The notes: generated by a model from the sequence alone, not told the origin. A DNA stretch of 63,909 bases, filler included, from Vicugna vicugna (GCA_013265495.1; 77 parts of 76 records of this genome joined end to end with filler, not necessarily neighbours in it); one strand, 5' to 3'; counted from the first letter of the whole stretch, positions 49,309 through 60,709 are shown. Numbers and translations: made by a program.

Positions 49309-50348
49309 CCATAGGCCTACACAAAATAATAGATGTAGAAAAGTTAAAGACGCTGAAATATATGTCCGGAAAACCTAGCTAAGATTCCTAAATGGCCCAA
49401 CTTAACTTAGCACAGCACTGCCTCATCAAGAATGGGGCAAATAGCATCTAGTGTATTTTTTTTAAATAAATAAATAATTATCCTGTTCCTACCACATACT
49501 ATTATGTTAAGACTGTGTATAAGTTCTAACAACAAATAATGTACAAATCATAATTTGTACTTCATTCTAACTGCTTCTTCTATGAAATTTGAATCTTTTT
49601 TTCTTAAGACGTATTTGTGTCATATGACCTAGTGATAAAATTTTCAACTGGCTTTTATTAAAATAGTTCACCATAGTGCGAGTTTATTACGTCAACTATT
49701 CGTTTATGGGAAACCCATGTGCCTTGTCACTCTCTGTCATTAGATTTCCTGTGAAAAATTCAATCCTTCATTCAGGAAAATGCTGAGCAATATATCTCAT
49801 GGAAAACCGTCATAAACTGCAACACAGGAAAATGAAAATGACACTGAGCAGCCTGTGAATCCGGCAGACACACACCGTGCACTGTTGTGTTCCCGCCTCG
49901 AATTTCTTTAACCAGTAGGGAAATGTGCATCTCAAGAAATAGACATAAGCATTTTTCAGACTTGAGCACACAATTTCCCTTTCAGGGTTTAGTGGGCTTC
50001 CATTTAATTCTATGAGAAATATTTAAAACCACAGAACAACAGCTGAGATAGGGTTTAAAGTACCTTTTATGTCAGTGAAAATAAAGCCAACTGACAGTTA
50101 TCATTTTTACTTTATTTGATCTCACTCTCTTACTTTACCTCCCCAACCTCCTCCACAAAATGATGGTGAACATACACAAAATGATGGTGAACATTCCCTC
50201 CTTTGTCAGAAATCTAAGTAGAAATTACCAATCACATTGAGGTGTGCTNNNNNNNNNNNNNNNNNNNNNNNNNNNNNNNNNNNNNNNNNNNNTTAATTAA
50301 TTAANNNNNNNNNNNNNNNNNNNNNNNNNNNNNNNNNNNNNNNNNNNN

Positions 50349-51254
50349 TTCTAAGTCTATATACGCCTTCTTTGGTGGATGAAAGGTCAGTAAACCACAT
50401 GCTCACAAGTGAAGATTCATGATTGCCGAAACCATCATGCATGTAACATGTACGGAACCCGGAATGCCATGTTGATGGAATTCATGTAAATTTCCTATCC
50501 CTTAGGTTGAAATCGCTCCAGAACTATTTTTCTGTGAATAATGCTCGAATAGGAAACTGGTGTTAGGGAAAGCTTGTGAAAATGTGTACACGTGTCTAGA
50601 TGAAAATATTCCTTTTATAGAGGATGAAAGATTAGTAATCCACATGCTCCCAACTCAGGAATGCATGTTTGTCGAATCCGTCATGTATGTAGCATGTACG
50701 GAGAACACGGAATATCATGTAGATGTTATGTATTCAAATTACATATCTCTAGGGTAGAATTCGCTCCAAGAGGGTTTTTCTGGGATCAAAGTGTGATTCT
50801 TGAACCTGGTGATAGACAGAACCTACGAAGTAAAAATAAATATTTTAAAGTGCATATGTAATTTGTTTGGTGGTTGAAACATCAGTCATGCGCATGTTCA
50901 CAACTCAGAAATTCATGTTTGAGGAAACCGTGATACATGAAACATGTTCGGAATACGGAATGCCATGGTTATGTAAACAATGTAAATTATATGTGTATTG
51001 GTGAGAATTCGCTCAAATAGTGTTTTCTGGTACCAAATGTCCAATTTTAGAACCTGGTGATATAAAAAACCTATGAAACCAGAGTAAATAATTCTAAGTC
51101 TATATACGCCTTCTTTGGTGGATGAAAGGTCAGTAATCCACATGCTCACAAGACAGAAACGCATGATTGCTGAATCCGTAATGCATGTCGCATGTACGGA
51201 TCTTGGAAACCATGTTGATGGAATTCATGTAAATTACATACCTGTGAGGTGGAA
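50349..51254 (-). repeat. Satellite family B
   Basis: TTCTAAGTCTATATACGCCTTCTTTGGTGGATGAAAGG occurs at 50349 and 51092 (period 743). Confidence 0.95.
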
Positions 51255-51354
51255 NNNNNNNNNNNNNNNNNNNNNNNNNNNNNNNNNNNNNNNNNNNNTT
51301 AATTAATTAANNNNNNNNNNNNNNNNNNNNNNNNNNNNNNNNNNNNNNNNNNNN

Positions 51355-51796
51355 CAAAGATAATGAAGAGAATTTTCATATACCCTTCACTCCATATCCG
51401 CTTATATTAACATCTTATATAACTATAGTATACTTACGAAATTAAGAAATTAACATTTGTAGGGGGGATATAGTTCAGTGGTAATGTGCATGCCTAGCAA
51501 GCAGGAGGTCCTGATTCAATCCCCAGTACCTCCATCAAAATAAATAAATAAACAAATAAACAAACAAACCTAATTATCTCCCCCNNNNNNNNNNNNNNNN
51601 NNNNNNNNNNNNNNNNNNNNNNNNNNNNNNNNNNNNNATTAACATTTTCATAAAGTATTGTACTGACTTTATACAGATGTCTACAATTTTTCCACCAATT
51701 TCTCCTCTATTGCCTTTTTTTTCTGTTTCAATGTCCAATACAGGATGCCACGAATTGTATTTAGTATCCCAGTCTCTTTGGTCCTATGTTTTAAAT
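51355..51796 (-). mobile_element. Old L1M-type 3' end hosting the SINE
   Basis: AGAATTTTCATATACCCTTCAC...TTAACATCTTATATAACTATAGTA...AAATTAACATT, continuing after the SINE. Confidence 0.55.
51462..51584 (+). mobile_element. Vic-1-like camelid tRNA-derived SINE with target-site duplication
   Basis: A-box TAGTTCAGTGG, B-box-like GATTCAATCCC, then CCTCCATC, (AAAT/AAAC)n and CCTAATTATCTCCCCC. ATTAACATTT is duplicated at 51449-51458 and 51638-51647. Confidence 0.85.
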
Positions 51797-51896
51797 NNNN
51801 NNNNNNNNNNNNNNNNNNNNNNNNNNNNNNNNNNNNNNNNTTAATTAATTAANNNNNNNNNNNNNNNNNNNNNNNNNNNNNNNNNNNNNNNNNNNN

Positions 51897-52338
51897 TCTT
51901 GTAGGATAAGTTTTGAACTGCTGAATTCTTTTAAGATTTGAAGTTCTGTGGAATTCTCTAGTTCTGCCGTTATGAGAAATGGTGGTCATGTGGCATAGTC
52001 TACCCTAAGTGGCAGCATTTGGCCATTCAGGTTATGGTCTGTGTCCTGGCACTTCTCCCTGTCCTGCAATATTGCTGCCGAGTTATCAGCTGAAACCCCT
52101 CTGGAGGTTCACTTGTGACTATGTTGTTTCCTCCAGGTGCATTTTGAATCACTGGGATATTCGTGAACTTTGTTGATTTGAATCATACAGCTGCTGGTAG
52201 GTCTATTGGGATTCCACCTCCTTTGGATGCTGTGTAATCCCTGAATTCGCATAGATGATTCTTTCTTGGCTTTCAGCACGTTTCAGTCTGATTTTTCTAC
52301 AGTTTTCAGAAAATTTTTGTTTATTTATCTCTTGCTTT
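51897..52338 (-). mobile_element. Highly decayed LINE-1 ORF1 fragment, paralogous to 13464-13620
   Basis: The minus strand begins ATAAGAGTCCCAGATGGA and includes TCAGCTGAT and TTAAAAGAATTCAGCA, parallel to the ORF1 at 15540-15960. Confidence 0.65.
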
Positions 52339-52458
52339 TCCATCTGGGACTCTTATGANNNNNNNNNNNNNNNNNNNNNNNNNNNNNNNNNNNNNNNNNN
52401 NNTTAATTAATTAANNNNNNNNNNNNNNNNNNNNNNNNNNNNNNNNNNNNNNNNNNNN

Positions 52459-52925
52459 CGCTCCAGAAGTATTTTTCTGTGAAAAATGCACGAATTCTAA
52501 ACTCGTGTTTGGGAAAGCTTGTGAAAATGTTTACGCGAATCTATATGAAATTATTCCTTTTATAGAGGATGAAAAATCAGTAATCCACATGCTCTCAACT
52601 CAGGAATGCATGTTTGTCGAATCCGTCATGCATGTAACATGTACGGAACACGGAATATCATGTTGAAGGAATCTATCCAAATTACATATCTCTAGGGTAG
52701 AATTCGCTCCAAGAGGGTTTCTCTGGGATCAAAGTGTGATTCTTGAAACTGGTGATAGTAGAAGCAACGAAGTCTAAGGAAATATTTCAAAGTGCATAAG
52801 TAACTTGTTTGTTGGTTGAAATAATGGTTGAAATAACTGTCATATGCATGTTCACAGCTCAGAAATGCAATTTGAGGAATATGTGATGCATGAATCATGT
52901 TCGGAATACGGAATGCCATGGTTAT
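52459..52925 (-). repeat. Satellite family B
   Basis: Reverse complement of B; colinear with about 50515-50970. Confidence 0.93.
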
Positions 52926-53025
52926 NNNNNNNNNNNNNNNNNNNNNNNNNNNNNNNNNNNNNNNNNNNNTTAATTAATTAANNNNNNNNNNNNNNNNNNN
53001 NNNNNNNNNNNNNNNNNNNNNNNNN

Positions 53026-53450
53026 AACAGCCTTTCACTTTACCCAGAGCTGAACTCATCAGTTTTCCCCAAGAGCTCCCTCTGCAGCTTTCTCTCCTCA
53101 GAGCACAGTAGGACCATCATTTACCAGATTAATCCACACAGAAACCTGGGCCTTACTGCATCCTACCTTCACAGACAACATTCATCCTTTCCTTTTAACC
53201 ATCTAAACATGCCTTCAATCTGTTCGCTTTTACCCACTGACCGTCCCACCGCTCAAGAGGAAGCCACCAACACTGCCCATCTGGACTCACGAGTCTCCCA
53301 AGTGGCCCCACAGCCGCTCTCCCATAGTTGAGACAAATGGGATTGTGTCACTCCCGCACTTTTAGGACTCTTTTCAAACCCACTTTTCTTAGAAGAAAAG
53401 AAACCCCAAGTTCTTCACCTGGTGAAGGTCTTTGCCATGAAACTGTCAGC
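53026..53450 (+). mobile_element. LINE-2 fragment
   Basis: GCTGAACTCATCAGTTTTCCCC, CAGAAACCTGGG and AAATGGGATTGTGTCACTCCC occur in L2 order. Confidence 0.6.
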
Positions 53451-53550
53451 NNNNNNNNNNNNNNNNNNNNNNNNNNNNNNNNNNNNNNNNNNNNTTAATT
53501 AATTAANNNNNNNNNNNNNNNNNNNNNNNNNNNNNNNNNNNNNNNNNNNN

Positions 53551-54393
53551 ACATACTGAGAAAACAGAGTAAGTGTTTCTACTGCAACCCATTCCGTTTA
53601 TGCTAGATGAACGAACGTCTCTACTCATGCTCAACTCTGAGATTTATGTGTGTGTGAATGCCGTCAATCACCTAGCTGGGTGGGAACACAGTCTCTTTAC
53701 AGTGGGAAATTACATTACATACATATATATATGGGGAGGTAGTAGCTCCAAATCCGTTTTACAGTGAAATCTGCATTTATTCAAAATGGCTGTAGGAAAG
53801 AGAGTAAGTGTTTTTTCTGCAATACATTCCATTTATGCTATGTGAATGAACGTCTCTCCACATGCTCAAATCTGAATGTTAATTGTGTGTGAAAGCCATC
53901 ATTCAATTAGATTGTTGGGAACACACAGACTCTTTTCAGTGTGTAACAACAGTACATTCATATATATTGGGAGGTTCTTTCCCCAACACACTTTTACAGT
54001 GAAAACTGCATGAATGTCAAACCAGCACTAGGAAACAAACTGAGAAACCAGAGTAAGTGTTTCTACTGCAACCCATTCCTTTTATGCTGTGTGAACGAAC
54101 GTCTCTACACATGCTCAATTCTGAGAGTTAATTCTGTGTCAATGCCATGGATCACTTGGCTTATTGGGAACTCATAGTTTCTTTTGATTGGGAAACTACA
54201 CTACATACATATATATGGGGAGGTACAAACTCAAACTCGCATTTACAGTGAAAGTGAAATCTTACTTCAAACCAGCACTTGGAAAGATACTGAGAAATGA
54301 AAGTGTATCTACAACAAAATATTCTCTTTATGCTACATAAACGAATCCCTCCCTACATTCTAAGTTCCTAATATTGAATGAGTGTGAAAGCCA
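53551..54393 (-). repeat. Satellite family E, diverged copies
   Basis: GTAAGTGTTT occurs at 53569, 53804 and 54053 (periods 235 and 249). GAACGAACGTCTCT..CATGCTCA is the reverse complement of the E motif. Confidence 0.88.
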
Positions 54394-54493
54394 NNNNNNN
54401 NNNNNNNNNNNNNNNNNNNNNNNNNNNNNNNNNNNNNTTAATTAATTAANNNNNNNNNNNNNNNNNNNNNNNNNNNNNNNNNNNNNNNNNNNN

Positions 54494-54960
54494 ACTTTTC
54501 TGATTATGTTCTTTAAAGCACAGAGGTTTTCCGTTTTATAGTCCAATTTATCTATTTTTTCTTTTGTTGCTCATGTTTTGGGTTTCGTATCTAAGTCTTC
54601 ACTGCCAAATATAAGGTCATGAAAATTTACTCTTAAGTTTCTTCCAAAGAAGGTCAGTCATATTAGCCTTTATATTTGGGTTACTGATCCAATTTGAGAT
54701 AATTTTTGTATGTGGTTTTTGTAGGCAGCCCACTGCCCTTCTTGTATGAGTGGGTATCCTAGCGTCTGAGCGCTATTTATTAAAGAGACTATTTGAACCC
54801 ATTGACTGGTGTTGCCATCCTTGTCAAAAATCAATTGGACATGGATGTATGAGTTTATTTTTGAATTCTCAACTCTGTTTCACTGGACTAAACTGTCTAT
54901 TCTTAGGGCGAAACTATACCATTTTTGATTATCTTTCATTATTTTTCAGAATTCTGAAAG
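54494..54960 (-). mobile_element. LINE-1 ORF2 3' fragment
   Basis: GTCCAATTTATCTATTTTTTCTTTTGTTGCTCATG, CCAAATATAAGGTCATGAA and CCTTGTCAAAAATCAATTG. Confidence 0.85.
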
Positions 54961-55396
54961 TGTTGATTATGATNNNNNNNNNNNNNNNNNNNNNNNNNNN
55001 NNNNNNNNNNNNNNNNNNNNNNNNNNNNNNNNNNNNNNNNNNNNNNNNNNNNNNNNNNNNNNNNNNNNNNNNNNNNNNNNNNNNNNNNNNNNNNNNNNNN
55101 NNNNNNNNNNNNNNNNNNNNNNNNNNNNNNNNNNNNNNNNNNNNNNNNNNNNNNNNNNNNNNNNNNNNNNNNNNNNNNNNNNNNNNNNNNNNNNNNNNNN
55201 NNNNNNNNNNNNNNNNNNNNNNNNNNNNNNNNNNNNNNTTTTTTTAACTTAGAAATTAACTGCAATTAAAGACATCCTATCCTATTTGTAAAAAACNNNN
55301 NNNNNNNNNNNNNNNNNNNNNNNNNNNNNNNNNNNNNNNNTTAATTAATTAANNNNNNNNNNNNNNNNNNNNNNNNNNNNNNNNNNNNNNNNNNNN

Positions 55397-55575
55397 AGCT
55401 CTGTTACCTTGGCCAAATTACTTACCCTCTGTGTGCCTCAATTTCCACACTGTAAACCTGGGATAACAATCAAATCTTTCTTACTCACTTGTTGTGAAAA
55501 TTGGAGGATTCATTTCTGTAAAACTCTCAGAAAAGAATGTAGCACATTTTTGGTGCCCAACAAATGTCAATTTAA
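55397..55575 (+). mobile_element. MIR SINE
   Basis: ACCTTGGCCAAATTACTTACCCTCTGTGTGCCTCAATTTCCACACTGTAAA matches the MIR core. Confidence 0.85.
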
Positions 55576-55644
55576 TAAGAAAATGATTTACATGTCTCCC
55601 ATCTAATCATCTTCTGTGTTTCATGGCTAGTCTGAGTCCCAAAG

Positions 55645-56165
55645 GAAATCCTTATTTCCCCTCTTATAAACTCTTGGGGAGCACCTTTCTTTTCCAAGCC
55701 ACCACCTGTTTAAACTGAGGGAGGGGATGCCTCATCCCCACTCCTCTGGTCCATGGGAGACTGCTTCTCCCTTCACACCCCTGACTCCTGGCCCACGGCT
55801 AGCCCTCCTCACACTAACAGATTGAGGTGTGAGTCCGGGGAGACAAGCAGGGCATATGAAAGCTTTCCTTCCCCTCCAGTGTTGGCCACCCTTAGGAAGC
55901 AGCCGGGATGCTCAGTTCCATGGCAAGACAGTCCTGTGCATTATGAATTATGGGTCAGATCCTCTCAAGGGAAGGCTCGCTGTGGCCCAGAGTTACCGGG
56001 AATGCGTGAGTCTCTAATTCTGGGACATAGTATCATGATACCCAATCTTCCACAGCCCTAAATTTCATGGAGAATGTGCCTTCATCAGTAATAAAGGAGA
56101 CATTTATCACCTGCCTGTTTGTCTTTGTCATCTCTCAGTTGGCTGCTGGAGACAATATGTGTATA
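55645..56165. repeat. Multi-copy unclassified segment, inverted paralog of 34095-34614
   Basis: Colinear reverse-complement similarity over about 520 bp; the ORF track gives MSPGRQAGH in both copies. Confidence 0.88.
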
Positions 56166-56265
56166 NNNNNNNNNNNNNNNNNNNNNNNNNNNNNNNNNNN
56201 NNNNNNNNNTTAATTAATTAANNNNNNNNNNNNNNNNNNNNNNNNNNNNNNNNNNNNNNNNNNNN

Positions 56266-56732
56266 ATGGAACAGAGCAGAGAGCCCAGAAATAAACCTAT
56301 GTATGTATCGGCAATTAATCTATGACAAAGGAGGCAAGAACACACAATGGGGTAAAGTCTCTTCAATAAGTGGTGCTGGGAAAACTGGTTAGGTGTGAAA
56401 GAATAAAATTAGAATATTTTCTTACACTATATTCAAAAATAAACAAAAAATAGTTTAAAGACCTAAATGTAAGACCAGAAACCATAATATTCCTAGAAGA
56501 AAACATAGGCAGTATCCTCTTTGACGTAAGTCTTAGCAATATTTTTTAAATTTGTCACCTCAGGAGACAGAAACAGCAAGAAAAAAATAAAAAAATCAGA
56601 CCTAATTAAACCTAAAAGCTTTTACACAGTGAAAAAAAGCTTTTACACAGTGAAGGAAATACTCAACAAATTGAAAAGACAACCTATGGAATGAGAGAAT
56701 ATGTTTGCAAATGACATGTCTGATAAGGGCTT
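56266..56732 (+). mobile_element. LINE-1 ORF2 3' fragment
   Basis: ATGGAACAGAGCAGAGAGCCCAGAAATAAACC, TCTCTTCAATAAGTGGTGCTGGGAAAACTGG and AAAGACCTAAATGTAAGACC. Confidence 0.92.
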
Positions 56733-56849
56733 NNNNNNNNNNNNNNNNNNNNNNNNNNNNNNNNNNNNNNNNNNNNTTAATTAATTAANNNNNNNNNNNN
56801 NNNNNNNNNNNNNNNNNNNNNNNNNNNNNNNNCAACAGTGAGGAGAATG

Positions 56850-56960
56850 ACGAGAGCTGTTTACTGAGCACCTGCTCTGGGTCAGGTGCAGTACTAGGCA
56901 CTTGGGTCACACCATTAGGACATAAGAGCAGAAAGTCCCCATGCCCGCCCGGACTCTGTA
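56850..56960 (-). mobile_element. LINE-2 3' end
   Basis: TTTACTGAGCACCTGCTCTGGGTCAGGTGCAGTACTAGGCACT. Confidence 0.65.
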
Positions 56961-57702
56961 ATGAGTCGGGGGTTGATGTCAACGAGAGAGGTGGACACGA
57001 AGACAGGGAGCTGATGAGAAACCAGGGATAAAGATCCTCGTGTTGCTGGGCTTCCCAACATGTGGGCCAGGATTCCAAGTAGCTCCAGGTTCCTATGTGG
57101 GGATGTTTCCATTATTTCAATGTTGGTTCATAGAGTGAGGCTTAGGTAATATTTTTTATGTCACACTACCTCCCATCTGCACAATTCTTTATTAGTCTCA
57201 AATGCTACCCTAATATAGTTCTAAACCTGGCCAGCCTGTCTGTCCTTGGCTCAGGGTCATACCCTGGCTGTAGGAGTCAGCTGGTACAAAAACTATGGCC
57301 ACCTACAGCTGCCTCCGTCCCCATCGTACTGAAGGGCAAAGTAGCTCGGAGCCCGGCTCCTTACTGAGATCTGAGTGACAGAACAAGGGAGGGAGATACA
57401 AGGCCTTACAGCTACTCAGTGAAAATTCTCACTGATTCTAATGAAATCTGTCAGAGGAATTAGTCATTTTTAAAATGATAATGAAATGAGGCAATGAATG
57501 AGTAGGGCAAGAATGACACAGAAGAGTTGTAGGGTTTGGAGGAGGGAAGGTTAGGAAGCTGGAGAGAGTCCATGAAAAAGGTGGGACTTGACCTGGGCCC
57601 NNNNNNNNNNNNNNNNNNNNNNNNNNNNNNNNNNNNNNNNNNNNTTAATTAATTAANNNNNNNNNNNNNNNNNNNNNNNNNNNNNNNNNNNNNNNNNNNN
57701 TT

Positions 57703-58196
57703 GGTTTTGTATTCGCTCCTGGAAGAATTAAACAAACAATTTCTGACATTCCTGCGAATCTCCCATATCTACATGCTAGATGGTCTAGTTGTTTTTAAAT
57801 GGTATGATTATCTTGCTGCAGTTTTTGTACCTTCTTTGGGGAATACAGTTATTATGTTAAAAGTTGATGCGCTTACTAATTTTACTCAGCAAGCATTAAT
57901 AGATACTAAGAAAGCAATAGAAGATTTAAATGAAGAACAAAAACAGATGAAAAAAACAGTTCTACAGAACCACATGGCTTTAGATATTCTTACTGCAGCT
58001 CAAGGCGGGAGGCGGGACGTATAATTAAGATAGAATGCTGCGTTTTTATTCCTGATTTATCAGGAAATTTATCTCAGGCTGTAATGGATATTCAAAAACA
58101 AGTAGACACAATGGCTGATCCTGATCCTTCGGTTTTAAGTACAATTCTTTTCTGGTTTAAGAGTGATTGGTGGAAGAATCTTATAATTATTTGTAT
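57703..58196 (+). pseudogene. env: Endogenous retrovirus envelope fragment (SU end plus TM), gamma-type, PABL-B/ERV-Rb-like, with two frameshifts
   Basis: The frame from 57703 gives GFVFAPGRIKQTISDIPANLPYLHARWS. After a shift at about 57790 comes the fusion peptide VFKWYDYLAAVFVPSLG, a heptad repeat and the immunosuppressive domain LQNHMALDILTAAQGG. After a shift at about 58010-58020 comes IIKIECCVFIPD (CX6CC remnant) ...DWWKNLIIIC. Confidence 0.93.
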
Positions 58197-58510
58197 NNNN
58201 NNNNNNNNNNNNNNNNNNNNNNNNNNNNNNNNNNNNNNNNTTAATTAATTAANNNNNNNNNNNNNNNNNNNNNNNNNNNNNNNNNNNNNNNNNNNNTCCC
58301 AGTGGACACTCTGTATCCACTAAAGGCACCACTATGTGCCCAACATTGGGTGGAGCATCTTCCAGACACACCGCTTTATGTTGTGGGCCTTGTCACCATT
58401 ACCAACTGTCTCTCTACCAAGGCCTTCGAGAAGCTCCACGTGCAGAGGAGCTGTATGGCACCTCGATAATGACTCTCAGCTTTTTGTCTTTGTACTGCAT
58501 GTGGAGGTAG

Positions 58511-58716
58511 TCGAGCAGCCGCGCACCGACGTTGCCTTCAAACTACGAGGACTGCAGGGTGGTGGAGAAGAAGTTCAAGAACTTCACTGAGTCACTCTTT
58601 ATCTTGCTCAAGTCCAAGTGGCTGGCTGGTGGCCCCAAGAACTCTGGGGACAAGATCCCCCTCCTCTGCATCCCGTTTGAGAAGGAGGAATTCATGAGAC
58701 TGGACACAGAGAGCAG
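58511..58716 (+). CDS. Internal protein-coding exon of an unidentified host gene (5' boundary uncertain, 58511 or 58519)
   Basis: Open frame (SSSRAPT)[61 protein letters not shown] with strong G/C third-position bias and retained CpGs. Perfect CAG|GTAAGT donor at 58716/58717; pyrimidine tract plus TAG upstream. Confidence 0.7.
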
Positions 58717-58949
58717 GTAAGTTTACCTGGAGGACAGTCCACCCTGGCTGTGTGCCGGATTGCTTCCCTACATCCAGAAAGGGATCAGCAAGAAAGAAGT
58801 CTGTCTTGTAGCCAAGGGGGGAGAGAGGTGCAGCCCGCCGGTTTACAGACATTTCAAAGTGAATCCGCCTTTGTTTCAGAGAGATCCTTTTAGGGTTAGT
58901 GTGGACGCTTACTCCCGCTTCACAGCCAGGACCATGGTGAGAACCCTGG

Positions 58950-59172
58950 AGTTGCTGTCCAATAGAGTAGCAAAATCCATGGATGCTAGGAGCACTGGGT
59001 AGGAGGCTGGACTGAGCTGAGATGTGCTGTAGGTCAAATGCACATCAGACGCTGAGGCTTGTCTAGTAAAAGTATATAAACTATCTCTTTACTTCCTATA
59101 TTGATTACATGTCAAAATGATAGTATTTAACATACAGTAGATTAAGTAAGATCTGTTCTTAAAATCAGTTTC
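58950..59172 (+). mobile_element. MER33-like hAT-Charlie DNA transposon
   Basis: TGCTGTCCAATA...TGAGATGTGCTGTA...TATATTGATTACATGTCAAAATGATAGTATT resembles the MER33 consensus. Confidence 0.8.
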
Positions 59173-60709
59173 TAGTATTGGTTTTTGTTTGTTGGTTTNN
59201 NNNNNNNNNNNNNNNNNNNNNNNNNNNNNNNNNNNNNNNNNNNNNNNNNNNNNNNNNNNNNNNNNNNNNNNNNNNNNNNNNNNNNNNNNNNNNNNNNNNN
59301 NNNNNNNNNNNNNNNNNNNNNNNNNNNNNNNNNNNNNNNNNNNNNNNNNNNNNNNNNNNNNNNNNNNNNNNNNNNNNNNNNNNNNNNNNNNNNNNNNNNN
59401 NNNNNNNNNNNNNNNNNNNNNNNNNNNNNNNNNNNNNNNNNNNNNNNNNNNNNNNNNNNNNNNNNNNNNNNNNNNNNNNNNNNNNNNNNNNNNNNNNNNN
59501 NNNNNNNNNNNNNNNNNNNNNNNNNNNNNNNNNNNNNNNNNNNNNNNNNNNNNNNNNNNNNNNNNNNAAAGGCCCCATTTGCCTCGGAAATACAGCTGAG
59601 CTCTTCTGGGCTGCCTACCCCCCCACCTTCTGCTCTGTTTCCNNNNNNNNNNNNNNNNNNNNNNNNNNNNNNNNNNNNNNNNNNNNTTAATTAATTAANN
59701 NNNNNNNNNNNNNNNNNNNNNNNNNNNNNNNNNNNNNNNNNNAACAGGCTAAGTGAGGTTACATTCTAGTCCAAGTTCCTATGGTGCAGAAATGACGATT
59801 TAAACCTGAAGCTGGGGTGCCTATGCCTGTGCTTCTTCTCTCTCCTATCTATCTCATCACTTGTCTGTGAAATCCACCTGTCCAATATACAAGTTTGCAG
59901 CAGGCCAGCTCTTAAATGCAATGTGTGCCACCATTTGTCAATGCTGGTTAATTACCATAAACTGGTCTCAGAAACCATTACAGAAAACAGGTTTACCCAA
60001 TTTCCTGCCCACAAAGAACAGGAATTCTGCCTTACCTTCCCCTGTAATGTGCAGAAACCCTTCCCTACACCACTAAATTCAAACGTATGCTTCATCCGTG
60101 TTTATGTTTGCACAGGACTTATTAAAGCACAAGATGCTTGCAATAATTCCATCTCGGTTCCTTTCCAAATATGCAGATTAGCCCAAATCAGATCCAGAAC
60201 AGACACAACTCATGAAATCCGCAATGAAACACACTGGATCAAGAACAAAATGCGTGTCCTAGTCCAGAAAACAACGGGTCCCTCTTTCACCCTCTTTCTT
60301 CCTGTCATTATACAATCGCACCAGAACTCATTATATTGCTGTCTGCTCATCTGGCAACCAAAATCAGCGAAGAGTCAACTCTGCAGAGCGCCCTGCTGGG
60401 GAGAAACCCCCGCAGCACCACGGCGGGCTGCCTGCCCTCCCGCATGCTCTGCTGACCCCTAGTNNNNNNNNNNNNNNNNNNNNNNNNNNNNNNNNNNNNN
60501 NNNNNNNTTAATTAATTAANNNNNNNNNNNNNNNNNNNNNNNNNNNNNNNNNNNNNNNNNNNNATTGGTACAAGCCTTGTTTGAGTGAGAAATATGCAAA
60601 TATGCTTAAGTTGGGTTTGCAGGTGGAAATGCGGATTTTTCTGGAATAATTTCAGCTTGATTCACTGACATTGGGACATATTGGAACAAACTTGAACTTG
60701 TTTTTATTC

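Noticed and set aside
51462..51535. tRNA gene
   Set aside because: The acceptor stem is degenerate, and the SINE-type tail and TSD show a tRNA-derived SINE.
57701..58720. env next to a host exon as a captured or fused gene
   Set aside because: The two lie on different scaffolds separated by the linker at 58241, so the adjacency is artificial.
48..59694. Long ORFs of 150-419 aa in the ORF track (e.g. 48-965, 27903-29162, 34801-35934)
   Set aside because: They consist mostly of X from N gaps, and many end in LIN* from the linker.
59923..60462. 179-aa gap-free ORF
   Set aside because: It has a GTG start, no codon bias, no recognisable domain and no splice context. The region may instead be a minus-strand non-coding exon (AAG|GTAAGG near 60030), which I cannot support further.
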